A DNA stretch of 64,000 nucleotides, taken from Eledone cirrhosa. Taxonomy: Eukaryota. Below, one piece after another: positions 1-12,887 of this stretch; position 1 is the first letter of the stretch, and every line of letters begins with the position of its first letter. The notes beneath the pieces are model-generated. The model saw only the letters and a list, made by a program, of their open reading frames with translations, did no database searches and was not told the origin of the DNA. Position numbers and translations under genes: made by a program. Where the stretch lies: assembly GCA_964016885.1 (NCBI GenBank), contig OZ024747.1, positions 46,500,001 through 46,564,000 of the forward strand, read 5' to 3'.

Positions 1-7
1 AGGTGGG

Positions 8-45
8 GGACGACGTTTCGGGCATAAGCCCTTCTTCAGGTGAGA
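8..45 (-). ncRNA. Minimal type I hammerhead ribozyme motif (Penelope-like pLTR type)
   Basis: Minus strand reads CTGAAGA-A-GGGC-ttat-GCCC-GAAAC-GTC; stem I pairing is weak. Confidence 0.7.
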
Positions 46-181
46 AGTGTGTGGGAGTTCAAAAGGTGTGTAGGGGAGTGGTGGAGAGACATATAGCGAA
101 AGGAAACGGTGCGTTTTAAAGTTGAGACAGTAAACAGAAAACAAAAAAAAACCGTGGAAGCGAAGAGGCAGTACAGATGTT

Positions 182-377
182 GGTGGATTGGCAGTATCGG
201 TAGAGGGTCGGACGTTATGCTTTGAAGCATGGCATAGTATTATCTCCTTGTATGATCTGAGTTCAAATCCCGCCGGGGTTAACTTTGCCTTTCATCCTTA
301 CGAGGTCGATAAAATAAAGTACCAGTAATGCACTGGGTAATTGCTGGCCTTGTGCCAAAAGTAGAAACAAGTATTAG
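182..377 (+). mobile_element. tRNA-derived SINE, family 1 (resembles octopus SINEs)
   Basis: A-box-like TGGCAGTATCGG, B box GAGTTCAAATCC, body ..ttaactttgcctttcatcc..gtcgataaaataaagtaccagt.., ATT-type tail; more than 10 copies in window. Confidence 0.85.
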
Positions 378-403
378 TTTCACGCTTGAGAGTGGGTTGT
401 GGG

Positions 404-440
404 GGACGACGTTTCGAGCATAAGTCCTTCATCAGGAGAA
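404..440 (-). ncRNA. Minimal type I hammerhead motif, paralog of 8-45
   Basis: Minus strand CTGATGA-A-GGAC-ttat-GCTC-GAAAC-GTC with the same flanks as 8-45; stem II has mismatches. Confidence 0.6.
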
Positions 441-676
441 AAGTGGGCAGGAAGTGAGTTCCAAAGGTGTTTGGTGTATTGTGGAAAGACATTAAAAAAA
501 ATATTTAAAAAAAGGTGGGGGGGAGGTTGGAGAGTAAAAAAATTAAAAAAGAAAAAGAAACAAGTGGTGGAAGAGTGTGAGGCGTATAGGCGTGGTGGTG
601 GGTGGAGGGGTAGAGGGAGGGGGGGTTCAGAGCGGGGAGGACTGAAGGTGGTGTGTGTGTATGTGTGTAGGTGTAC

Positions 677-711
<35 letters not shown>

Positions 712-1299
712 GATGTGAATGTGAGAGTTGGGGGAATAACGAGATTCCATGTTCGGGTAATAGGGAAACCGGTGTGTACATGGGGTGGAGGGTGTAAGTC
801 GGTGTGTGTGTGTGCGTGTGGATGGAGAGGGGACATGCGGGTGGGAGAGAGGTGGCGTGTGGAGTCCGGAGGCTGAGTGTGTGTATGTGGGGATACGCAC
901 GTGTGTGTGTGTTTATATGTGGTGTGGATGTGTGGTGGCGTGGTGCGAAAATAGTGTAAGTGTTTGTGTGTGTTGCTGTGGTTTTTCCACGGACTGTGAG
1001 ATCAGATGATGGAGATTCTGATTGTAGCAGGGTGGATAGCTGGAACGATGGGACAGTGGTGTAACATCCTGGTATGGTACTGAGGAAGTGGAGAGTCGTG
1101 GGGTGCGTATATATATATATAAGTTTTATATCGAATAATAACAATAATATTCGATTCGTTTGCCGGCAAACAGCCTCATTACGGTAAGTATCGTTCGTTC
1201 CTCAGCTGGAATGAACACATGACGATTGTCATAAAAAAACAGTGTAATGAAGCTGTAAACGAATCGAATCAACCAGTATCCTTCTTGATGACGAGGGCT

Positions 1300-1885
1300 C
1301 GCGTATCGGCCGAACGCCTCGGCCTCCCTGAGTGTGAGCCACATAAATAGCATTGTAGGGCTGTCTTGCCGCCAGAGAGCAGGTCAGTTTCCCGACATGC
1401 CGCTCTCAACGACATATTGAGAAGGAGTCTCGATGCAGCTGGCTTCCCATCAAAACTGGAGCCAGCAAGCCTCGACCACAGTGACGGCAGGCGTCCCGAC
1501 GGAATTATCCTCTTCCTATTCGAAAGAGGTAAATCCCTTATCCGAGACGCCATATGTTTTGACACGAAATCCTCGTCCACCTTAGTCGCTTCGGCCACAA
1601 ATCTCAGCACTGCGGCCCGCAATGCAAATGAAAGGAAGACAAATAAAATATCAGGGATTGTTCTGCCGCTTCCTCTTCGCACCGGGTCACCGTTAAGACC
1701 TCAGGCGTACTTGGCCGCCGTACTGCCGAATTCCTTCACAAGATCGGCACTTTAGCAGCCCGACTGTGGAATGAGACCCACAGGGTGGGGGTGACTGCTG
1801 CAGCACGTATCACTGCCTATTATCCGCGAGAATGCCTCTGCGGTTTTGTTGTCCGCTGGTTGTAGCACCAACATCGCTACCATGT
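1300..1885 (+). pseudogene. Degraded 3' end of a CRE-like non-LTR retrotransposon (zinc knuckle + restriction-like endonuclease)
   Basis: Translation CEPHK*HC..RHAALNDILRRSL..LEP..DGRRPDG..GKSLIRD..DT and downstream IIRENASAVL match the RH/RPDG/xD REL layout; stops and deletions. Confidence 0.7.
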
Positions 1886-2455
1886 AGGCCCCTCCGTTTC
1901 TTTTATGGCCCGCAAATCCTTCATTTCCCCTTCTTTTCCTCACATCTATGGTGTACATAGTCCTTTCCTCTACCTTCTCAAACAGCGAGATCTGGGCTTC
2001 CTTACCCCTTCTCCATTTTCTATTACTTAATTTTGCTTTTATCTTTCTTTCACATATTTATTTATCTTTTGAAAATAATATTATTATTATTATTCGATAT
2101 GAAACTCATAAATGCATTTATGTAATGCCCCCCCCCCACCTCCCTCGTTGACTTGAGAGGGAGTGCGGTATCTTTGCACTGGAGTGGCGGGAGGATTTCT
2201 GAAAAGATAAAATGCCGGTATACCTAGCCGGGCGCCAGCCGGACGGGCTAGACAATATATATATATATATAAATTAATAAAAATAATGAATAAAAACAAA
2301 GAAACAGTTCCTTATATTAAAAAATTCATCATTTTACGATCGTTTCTAGGATATATATATGTGTGTTGGTATGTATATCATATAGATCTATGTAAAAGTT
2401 TTACAAACTATCAGAAAGAATATACATACCTACACATATATATGCTGTCTTCAGA

Positions 2456-2495
<40 letters not shown>

Positions 2496-2497
<2 letters not shown>

Positions 2498-2819
2498 ATA
2501 ATATATGTAGTAAGAAACACAGTAAATCGTGTGTCTAATATTACGAGGCTTGAAGAACCACATTTGAACCGCCTCAATAACTATTATATCTCTCGAGAGA
2601 TATAATTGTTATTGAGGCGGTTTGTATAATATAATTTTATTTTATTTTATCATTCTGTCTGCTTCATGGTTATAATATTTCAAACAAATGTCGTTCTTCA
2701 ACCCTCGTAATATTAGACACACGATTTACTGTGTTTCTTACTACATATATTATTATAATGCTCAGTATTTATACTTTGAGCTTGTTAATTACAGGGTTTT
2801 ATCAACTCTAACTTTCATT

Positions 2820-2820
<1 letters not shown>
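2496..2820. repeat. Foldback element between (TA)n tracts
   Basis: 2496-2594 is the reverse complement of 2595-2757 (centre tctc|gaga) except ~60 nt (2624-2683) missing from the left arm; unpaired tail to ~2820. Confidence 0.8.
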
Positions 2821-2850
<30 letters not shown>

Positions 2851-2914
2851 GTAGAACACTGGAAGGTAAATCCGTAGTGGTAGAGCACTCACTCCATGGG
2901 ACGAGTTAGGTATA

Positions 2915-2982
<68 letters not shown>

Positions 2983-2985
<3 letters not shown>

Positions 2986-3121
2986 TACATGGGTCAGTGG
3001 TTATTGTATTGAGCTTTACAATCGGGAAGTTGTGAGTTCGATTCTCGGAACGGTGATGCGTTGCGTCCTTGAGCCAGACACTTTATTTCGCGTTGCTCCG
3101 GTTTACTCAGCTGTAGAAATG
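2983..3121 (+). mobile_element. tRNA-derived SINE, family 2 (CORE/MIR-like body)
   Basis: B box GAGTTCGATTC followed by gtccttgagc(c/a)agacactttatttc; second copy at 62499-62617. Confidence 0.7.
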
Positions 3122-3439
3122 CGACACAATTTTGCTCTAACGGCATATCGGTAGTAATAGCTGTGATGTGTCAACATGTAGCTGTGATGTGTCTGTGGTG
3201 TGTGTGGTGTGTGTGTGTGTGGGGGGGGGTGTCTAAAAAAGTGCGTTGACAGGGTACCCAGCAATACCTCGCCACCTCACAGGGCCCAGGACGCTGCTTT
3301 ACATACATAACAGCAGTGCATAAGTACTACATTCATATATACGTATGCACATGTACTAGATGCATACGTATTATATAAGCCTTAACAGGCTTGCTTACAA
3401 TCATATATCAATTCATATATCCATACATTCCTAGATATA

Positions 3440-3540
<101 letters not shown>

Positions 3541-4724
3541 ATGTATATATGTATGTCGGAGTGTATATATACATATATATTTATGCATTTATATGTATAT
3601 AAGTTTGTGTGTATGTGTGTAAATATTTATGTGTGCGCACACATACAGTTAAATATATATATATATATATGTGGGTGTGTGTATGTGTGTGTGTCTACAT
3701 ATACATACACACACACCCACACACAAACATCTAATATATATATAGGTTTACAAGCATACATATCTTTAAACGTCAGTGTAGATGAGCGTTAAGTGAGCCG
3801 CAAATTTATTTGAACCTATCAAAGCATGCAGCTATGTACGCATTTGTGTGGAAAGAAAAAAGGTAATTGTAAATATAAAATAAAAGATAGCAATCAAACG
3901 AATGATATGTAAGTTATCCTTTGAGAGTTGACTTGCTGATATGCTTGTGTTTCAATAGTGAATTGACCATCTTGTCAAGAACGCCTACATCAATACAACT
4001 GGCGCTCTTCTTGAATGACGTACGACATTAGTTATGCATGACCCTCCTTGGTAAACTCGACGTCCGAGTAATATTTTAAAGGGGTTAGGTCAAATTAGTT
4101 GATGTAACCTTTCGTTATTCAAAACCAAGGAAATGACTGCACAAGAATATATGAATATACGTATGTAAGAATTGTTGCACATTTTTTGAAGATGTATCAA
4201 TGTATCTATGTATTTTTGTATGTATGTATGTATGTATGTATGTATGTATGTATGTATGTATGTATGTATGTATGTATGTATGTATGCGTGTATGTATATA
4301 TATATGCATAAGCATTTATTTATTTATATGCGTATATGTCTATACAAACGTATTTATATACATCTAAGTATATTCATTTATACAAGCATGTATACTAATA
4401 TACAATTATATATGTGTATAAATATATATGTATGTGTGTGTATGTGTGTGTGTGTGTGTAAGTGTGTGTATTTATACAATAGTGTATGAGGGGAGAAGTA
4501 AAGATAGATGCATTGATGCTTATACATTACAGTTGTCATTACGTTAACTCAATTTACGCCAATAGCTGTATTGATTCAAATAAACAAGCATTCAAACATT
4601 GCTCACATTCTTGTCCAACATGTAGACTTTGCTTGAAATCCTGAACAAACTTCCTTGAAGATAACTGAACATATAGGTATAGAACAATAGATGGATTTTT
4701 CAGCTGCTCACAGCTAGAATCTCT

Positions 4725-4850
4725 CTGATCACAGTTAAAATGTATTTGATCACGAGTAGTTTATACTTGATCACATCTAGAATATATTAGATCACAACTA
4801 AAATATATGTTTTGTCACAACCAAAATGTACTTGATAACAGTCAGAATTT
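4725..4850. repeat. Degenerate ~22-bp minisatellite
   Basis: About 6 units of TTGATCACAnnnAAAATnTA. Confidence 0.5.
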
Positions 4851-5587
4851 ATCTGGTCATATCTTTTGATAATTTCGATGAATTAAACCTTGTTTTGCTC
4901 CTCGAAGCATTTTATCTAAACCTAAGATCGACAATGAATTTCGGATTGCGTCACCTATTAAAGTTTTCAAATCACACTAACTATGCATGTATTAAATTTC
5001 ACTATAAAATTCATCTCCACACCCAACATACTCAGTATGGTTAGTTTAGAACATAAACTATTAATTAATCAATCAAATACTGTATATAGTCATTAGGATA
5101 TAAGGATGTCTCGAACAAGACTCAATGCAGTAAAAGTGAGTATAAAACAGAGGTGTATATTACATAACAAAATTGAGAAGTATATATTTTCAAAAAAGGA
5201 CGGAGATCTCTGAACCTGGAACACAAATTATTATCAAACAAATTTTTCATAAAACATAGATCGCCAAAATAAAGCAGAATAAAACCCTGGCCTGAGAAAT
5301 ATTTATTTAACCTTACAAACATGAAATTAAACTTCAAATAAGAGACGTAAAAAAAACATAAAATAGACCAACAATAAAGTTACATTAGTGTCAGTCAAAA
5401 TAGCAATATTTGTTATAGAGGAAGTGTATAAATTAGAACGATTTAGTATTCCACTCCGAAGTAAGTAACTTGTATAAAATAAACAATGTTACCAGTTGTG
5501 ATTCATTTACGTAGCTCAAGTAGGCAAATGTTTGTAAAAATGTGAAGATCAACAATCTGGGTGCTTTAATCGTGATATGCATATAAT

Positions 5588-5772
5588 TGTTTCTAATTTA
5601 GGCAAAAAACGAACAGCAATTATACAGTACATTATTGGTACTTTATTTTATCGACCCCGTAAGGATGAAAGGCAAAGTTAACCTCGGCAGGATTTGAACT
5701 CAGATCATAAAGAGACGTAACTCTATGCTTCAAAGCATGGTGCCCGACTCTCTACCGATACTGCCAATCCAC
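5588..5772 (-). mobile_element. SINE family 1 copy with 17-bp TSD
   Basis: TSD cgtgatatgcatataat at 5571-5587 and 5773-5789. Confidence 0.85.
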
Positions 5773-5833
5773 CGTGATATGCATATAATGTAAAGTAATA
5801 CATACATACATACATATATACATATATACATAC

Positions 5834-6283
5834 ATGGTGGCTGCCAACTCGTTTTCGAGTACGGCCACTACTTTATATCCAAGTAGGAGAACCCCAACCG
5901 ATGCGCTGAACGAGTGTGACTTTTTAGTCCAGCCAGCGACTTGAAAACTCTGGTACAAACACTACACTTGTGACAATTATTGACACATAGTGTTGGGCCC
6001 AAGGTACCATGTGACGACAAGTGCAGAGAGATCTCCAGATATAAAGCAATGCCTATGCCGTGAAGCTTTTATAGTGAGCAAAGGCACTGCACAAAGCCAG
6101 TCCCACTCTCTTAACCAAGATGATATTTACCAAAAAGAAGAACAAGTAAACATCATTGGATACCATCAGGGTTGCAGGTGTTATATCAGAGTTTTCCTTC
6201 TCCTAGAATTCTGCCTTGACAAAGGCTAAGGGGTCATCTCTCCCGGTGATTTTGGATGCCATTGACTCTTAAGAGCTCCTTTG
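5834..6283 (-). mobile_element. RTE-derived non-autonomous element with C2H2 finger remnant, 5'-truncated copy
   Basis: Near-identical to reverse complement of ~8530-8986; same 3' end ..GGCAGCCACCAT. Confidence 0.8.
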
Positions 6284-6453
6284 CCCTTATACATATATAC
6301 ATACATATATATATTCATATACGCATACATACATATATACATACATATATACATACATATATGCATACATATATTCATATATGCATACATACATATATAC
6401 ATAAATACATACATATAAGTATACATACATACATACATACATACATACATACA

Positions 6454-6484
<31 letters not shown>

Positions 6485-7361
6485 GAATATGGGTATGCAT
6501 TTGAGTATGTTGTTTGTGACTGCGTGTCTGTGTCAATGTGACATAGTGACATTCTTTTTAGACGAAAATCGTTTATCAAAACATACACGCATAAGTAAGT
6601 AGTGGATGCGTAGGCGTGTTTATATGTATATATATATATATATGTGTATCTGTGTGTGTGTGTGTGTGTGTGCGCTTCTGTGTGTCATTGATTCTGTGTG
6701 TATGTGTGTTTGTGTCTGTGTGTATGTGTGTGTGTGTAATTATATGAATGTATGTGTACATGTAGGTACGTGTGTATATATATCTAAATATATATATATA
6801 TACATACGTTGGTGTGTGTCTATGAATGTGCATATATATCCTGCTAATAAACATCAGTTCTTTCCAGACATTTATATTACCGTCGTTACTGTTGGTTGCG
6901 AAACAACTAGCTGTTTAGTACTTCTGAAGTGCCCTTTTAATTTTTGGAGATTCACACGGTGTTTGTGTAACAACAAGTTTAATATGGCCGCCTCGATCAT
7001 TTTTTCTACTTCCTCGGCACGCTGTCGTCTAGCCTATAGCCATGCTTTGCGCTGTTCTTTTTGGAATTAGAGGCTTATTTATTTGGAGTAGAATGCTGTG
7101 ACTGCGTTATAGTCACGTACATGTACTCATGACCTGATAATAATATCTGTCGTGTTAAGAATGTTCTGACAAATAATGAATGTATGAATGGCAGACGATA
7201 AAAATATATGAATAAAAATAAACAAACAAAAACCAATAAACAATTTGTAAAAGCAATAATGGGTGGTAAAGAAAAAAAAAAGCACGAAAATAGAATATGT
7301 AGAAAAGAAGAGAATTTAGATAATTTATATATTTAAAAACAACACTGGAACAATCTTCATA

Positions 7362-7467
<106 letters not shown>

Positions 7468-7554
7468 TGTGTGTGTTTGTGTTTGTGTAAATATATCTAT
7501 ATATATCTATCTATATCTATCTCTCTCTCTATATATATATACACACACACATAT

Positions 7555-7612
<58 letters not shown>

Positions 7613-7648
7613 CGTTTCTGAATTGGCAACATGACCCTCCCAAAGTAT

Positions 7649-7683
<35 letters not shown>

Positions 7684-7690
7684 AAAGTAT

Positions 7691-7727
<37 letters not shown>

Positions 7728-7734
7728 AAAGTAT

Positions 7735-7790
<56 letters not shown>

Positions 7791-7796
<6 letters not shown>

Positions 7797-8222
7797 CGTA
7801 AAATAAGAACATTTAAAAAAAATTTAAAAAAAATTAACTTACTTAAATTTTCACTGCAACTAATTCTGTCATCTTACCATCCCATTCCTACTGACTAGCC
7901 TCTGTGTCACGTGATTGATTCTTTAGAATCGGCCATATGACCAGTGGCAGTGAGAATTTTCAGTAGCTGGAATCCAGTCCTCGATAGCTGTTCCATTTAC
8001 CGAATTATTATTATTTTTATATGAGTCCCCAGTTTCCGCGCATTGCCTGGAGACTTGGCTGAGAATAGATCTCCCTGATGACGCAATGAAATTCTCAACA
8101 GTTCATTACGTAACTGTCTTTATCCCATTGCAGAAACTAATTAGTTGGAGTGAAAATTTAAGTAAGTAAGTTAATTTAAAAAAAAATTTTTTTTTTAATT
8201 TTCTTATTTTACGTCTTTTATA
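7791..8222. mobile_element. Element with ~75-bp terminal inverted repeats and a decayed hammerhead motif
   Basis: 7791-7865 pairs with ~8140-8222; internal CTGATGA-c-GCAATGAA..TTCATTAC-GTAAC; same family as 60665-61248. Confidence 0.65.
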
Positions 8223-8334
8223 TTATTGTTCTGCATCCTCCTGCATTGAACCACCTAGGTACTATGACATAACCTGTGTATTTGCTGGCATTAGCGTACA
8301 TATGTGCGCTTATGTTAGTAGATATATTAAATTA

Positions 8335-8367
<33 letters not shown>

Positions 8368-8371
8368 ATAT

Positions 8372-8986
8372 GTCAGGCCACCAGTTGGTGCTACTGGTAA
8401 CATATATCCCAGTACAACCTGTCTCATGGTCGGGTTGTTGGCGACTAAACTGGCAAAACCACCAAGGTTTCTTGGTGAGGAGGGTGACGTTGGACATCCT
8501 GCAGGACTAAAAACAAAACCTGTCAAAGAGCAAAGGGGCTCTTAAGAGTCTATGGCCATCGAAAATCACCGGGAGAAATGACCCCTTAGCCTTTGTCAAT
8601 GCAGAATTCTAGGAGAAGGAAAACTCTGATATAACACCTGCAACCCTGATGGTATCCAATGATGCTGACTTGTTCTTTTTGCTAAATATCATCTTGGTTA
8701 AGAAAGTGGGACTGGCTTTGTGCAGTGCCTTTGCTCACTATAAAAGCTTCACGGCACAGGCATTGCTTTATATCTGGAGATCTCTCTGCACTTGTCGTCA
8801 CATGGTACCATGGTACCATGGCCCCAGCACTATGTGTCAATAATTATCACAAGTGTAGTGTTTGTACCAGAGTTTTCAAGTCGCTGGCTGGACTAAAAAG
8901 TCACACTCGTTCAGCGCATCGGTAGGGGTTCTCCTACATGGATATAAAGTAGTGGCCGTACTCGAAAACGAGTTGGCAGCCACCAT
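8372..8986 (+). mobile_element. RTE-derived non-autonomous element (5' UTR-like part joined to 3' end encoding C2H2 finger), longest copy
   Basis: RTE-like leader ggtcgggttgttggcgactaaactggc; ORF end CSVCTRVFKSLAGLKSHTRSAHR*; ends in (AT)n; copies at 5834, 9003, 12480, 12934. Confidence 0.7.
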
Positions 8987-9101
8987 ATATATATATATAT
9001 ATATGGTGGCTGCAACCCTTTTTCGAGTACGGTCACTACTTTATATCCATGTAGGAGAACCCATACCGATGCGCTGAACGAGTGTGACTTTTATATATAT
9101 A

Positions 9102-9911
9102 CTAGCATTAAAGCCCGGCGTTGCTCGGGTCATTACGTTACCAAAGTTAAGTTGCACCACCCATTTTATGGCAGCACTTTTTTGTCTGCCAGGCACTGGG
9201 TGAATGAATTGCAGATCTGGAAGCATGAGCTGCGCCAGCAGTGACAATTGTAGTTTCGCCTATGGATATTATCTCTGTACAAAAAAGTGTTGAAATTTAT
9301 TGTTTCACAGTACTTGCGCAACACGCGCGTAGACGATGCCAGCCGAACAACAGAGCTGCGATGGAGTTGTTCTGCATGGTTGTCCGTGTGTTTTCTAAAT
9401 TTAAGACAGTAGGGAGGGTTGTAATATGAGGGAGAGTTAGCTGTTGTTTCTAGCAGGTTTAGTGGCCTCATAGAGGATATGTGTTTTCTAAATTTAAGAC
9501 AGTAGGGAGTGGTGTGTGGAGGGGTGTGATATGGGGAGAGTTAGCTGCTGTTTCTAGCAGGTTTAGTAACCTCATAGAGGATATGTGTTTTTTAAATTTA
9601 AGACAGTAGGGAGTGGTGTGAACGGACAGTATCACCATCAAGCTTGGAAAGAGAAAGTAGCAGAAAGTATGAAGTTGTATAGATTTTGAATGGTAGTAGA
9701 AAGAGTTCAGCAGTTTAAATGAGAGAGAAAAATCGTAAAATATTGAGTCTTATCTATTTTTTGCGTAATTGTGGGTGAAATTGAAAAAATTATCTGCGTC
9801 AAGACGCAATCGAAACTATTTCGAATACTGAATTGTAAATTTCAATTGAAGAAATTCTATATCGTAGATTTCTATAACGAAGGAACATGACCACATACTG
9901 AGCTTTATAGA
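9102..9911 (-). mobile_element. Non-autonomous Helitron
   Basis: Minus strand starts A|TCTATAAAG (9911), ends hairpin CCCGAGCAACGCCGGG + CTAG|T (9102); no TSD; internal ~95-100 bp tandem triplication at 9387-9620. Confidence 0.8.
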
Positions 9912-9919
9912 TTATGATA

Positions 9920-10348
9920 AGTAAAAGGGATATTTAATTTGTTGGAAATTCAATAAATATTAATGTTTACAATGTTTAGCACTCGGCAGTTTTCTGGATT
10001 AAATATTCAATGATACTAAATAAATGGAAACTATATTTATAAAACCATATTTATTCTATTATATATATTACAAGGGTACCCCAAACTTTGGTACGCTTCA
10101 TCAGATAAAACTTTGACATAGCCAAGGAAACATACCTTAACAGTTTAATACTCCTCTATCCAAGGAGAACTTGGATAGAGGAGTATTCAACTGTTAAGGT
10201 ATGTTTCCTTGGCTATGTCAAAATTTATAAAACAGACTTTGTATTTTATCTGATGAAAGCGTACCAAAGATTTTGGTACCCTTGAAATATATATAATAGA
10301 ATAAATATGGTTTTATGAATATAGTTTCCATTTATTTAATATCTTTGT
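9920..10348. mobile_element. Foldback PLE pLTR-like element with a hammerhead in each arm
   Basis: Arms ~10007-10164 and 10170-10348 around loop gagaa; unpaired tail on the left; right arm runs into (TA)n. Confidence 0.85.
10242..10303 (+). ncRNA. Type I hammerhead ribozyme motif
   Basis: TATTTTAT-CTGATGA-AAGcGTACCAAA/TTTGGTACcCTT-GAAA-TATATA-TA-ATAGAATA; all three stems present. Confidence 0.85.
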
Positions 10349-10363
10349 ATATATATATATACG

Positions 10364-10414
<51 letters not shown>

Positions 10415-10416
10415 GA

Positions 10417-10521
<105 letters not shown>

Positions 10522-10721
10522 GAGAGGTCTCAGATAAGCACTGTCAGCCTCACAGTGATGATGCATTTTTATAGTGCAAAAAGGTTGAACACGGATCGGT
10601 TAAAATGGAGTCGGTAGATTTTCGTTTATTATTCCCTCATAATTTGTAATTTTATATATATATATACATACATACACACAGACGCACACGCACACACGCA
10701 CACACGCACACACACGCACAC

Positions 10722-11072
<351 letters not shown>

Positions 11073-11536
11073 TATATATATATATATGTGAACTACTCAA
11101 AAACCGAAAAGTACACATGCATTGATATAAGGAAATACTGACTGATATACACAGACGATACAGCAAAACGTATTTTCCAAAGATGGTGGCTGATACAGTA
11201 CGAGACATGTGACCTGTCTAACTATAGCAGTAGAACTATGTATTTCACTTCAATGATCATTGTGATTAATTGCTTATGCAAAGCCATAGTTAGAAACGAA
11301 AATATTACTATTATTATTTGTCTTCAAATATTAGAATGGAGCCATACGTCTTTAGAGTAGGTCATCTTTAGTTGGTCGTGAGAAAATCATACAAATCATA
11401 TCTAAGTATACATAATCGAATTCGCAGGTAGAATGAAAATATTTACTTTTCTACATTCACACACACACTCACATATATACACAGACATGCAGATGCGCAC
11501 ACTGCCATATATTTATATATACATATATATATATAT

Positions 11537-12202
11537 ATGAAGGACTAAATTTATTCATATGTAACCCATTTGCAACCACGCAGTACGTCTTGTTTTCATA
11601 TTCACACATATATATTTTCCTCCGCTGTGACCCGTCTTTTTCATTCTTACTGCTTCCTCTTTCTCAGTATCTCTCACTTCCCTTTACCCCCTCTAACAGT
11701 CACTCTCTCTGTTAGCCTCTTCCTCACCTTTCACTCACTCACTCTCTGCTACTCCCTCTCCTACTTCCTCCCGTTTGACCTGTGCGAAATTCTTTCCTCA
11801 CGCACACTTTGACCAAGTTGGTTGTTCCTTTTTTTTATCTCTCGTCTACGATTTCACAGAACTTATGTTCACCGAATTCAGGGACCAGACTCCTTCTTCC
11901 TCCCGTTTGACTTGTGCGAAATTCTTTCCTTGCTCACATTTCGACTAGGTTTGATGGTCTTTATTCTCTCTCGTCCACGATTTCACAGAACTTATATTCA
12001 TCGATTTCTGGGACTTGACTCCTTCTTCCTCACTGTTCGTTGCATTACCATCTTTGATTGTTTACAGTCTCGCTCGTTCCCCTTATTTACGTGTCCCAAC
12101 GACTTTCTTTAGCCGTTGCTCGCACCAACCGGAGTTATATGGTCTTTAAAGCGATGAAATACCAATGAAGGTTGGAAGATCACTGATGAAGGACTAAATT
12201 TA

Positions 12203-12209
<7 letters not shown>
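11537..12209 (+). mobile_element. Terminally redundant non-coding element (649-bp unit, 24-bp direct repeat)
   Basis: atgaaggactaaatttattcatat at 11537 and 12186; flanked by (TA)n; homologous to 18240-18986. Confidence 0.8.
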
Positions 12210-12285
<76 letters not shown>

Positions 12286-12479
12286 ATATATATATATAGG
12301 AAAAGAGTCAGGACCCCGAGGGCTGAGCTCCGGCTGTTTCGACAGCTAGATCCGAACTAGCCGTGTCGGGGTCCTGTCCTTCTCCTATTACCCACTCTAC
12401 TTCCCTAAGTATCGAGTACTCTGATGCGTTATGGTCCACCTTTCTTACTATACTTTCTTTGTTATATATATATATATAT

Positions 12480-12887
12480 ATGGTGGCTGCCAACTCATTT
12501 TCGAGTACGGCCACTACTTTATATCCATGTAGGAGAACCCCTACCGATGCGCTAAACAAGTGTGACTTTTAGTCCAGCCAGCGACTTGAAAACTCTGGTA
12601 CAAACACTACACCTGTGAAATTATTGACAAATAGTGTTGGGCCCATGGTACCATGTGACGACAAATGCAGAGAGATCTCCAGATATAAAGCAATGCCTGT
12701 GCCGTGAAGCTTTTATAGTGAACAAAGGCACTGCACAAAGCCAGTCCCACTCTCTTAACCAAGATGATATTTACCAAAAAGAAGAACAAGTCAACATCAT
12801 TGGATACCATCAGAGTTGCAGGTGTTATATCAGAGTTCTCCTTCTAGAATTCTGTCTTGACAAAGGCTAAGGGGTCATCTCTCCCGG
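12480..12887 (-). mobile_element. RTE-derived zinc-finger mini-element, 5'-truncated copy
   Basis: Matches 5834-6247; a 42-nt 3'-end stub follows at 12934-12976. Confidence 0.8.

Noticed and set aside
182-275. tRNA gene
   Set aside because: A/B boxes run into a SINE body; no cloverleaf; many copies with TSDs
380-1144. 254-aa His/Thr/Pro-rich ORF
   Set aside because: Antisense of a GT-rich tract; the PDEGLMLETS end is just the translated hammerhead
2140-2252. GC-rich hairpin ending in CTAG as a second Helitron end
   Set aside because: CTAG is followed by A, no matching 5' TC end identified, single copy
6880-7070. Minus-strand peptide KEQRKAWL*ARRQRAEEVEK resembling an RTE linker
   Set aside because: Too short and decayed to call
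7639-7790. CRISPR-like repeat-spacer pattern (also 32352-32830)
   Set aside because: Spacers are microsatellite, context is eukaryotic, no cas genes
8725-8925. Host C2H2 zinc-finger gene
   Set aside because: Single finger inside a multi-copy interspersed element with a common 3' end
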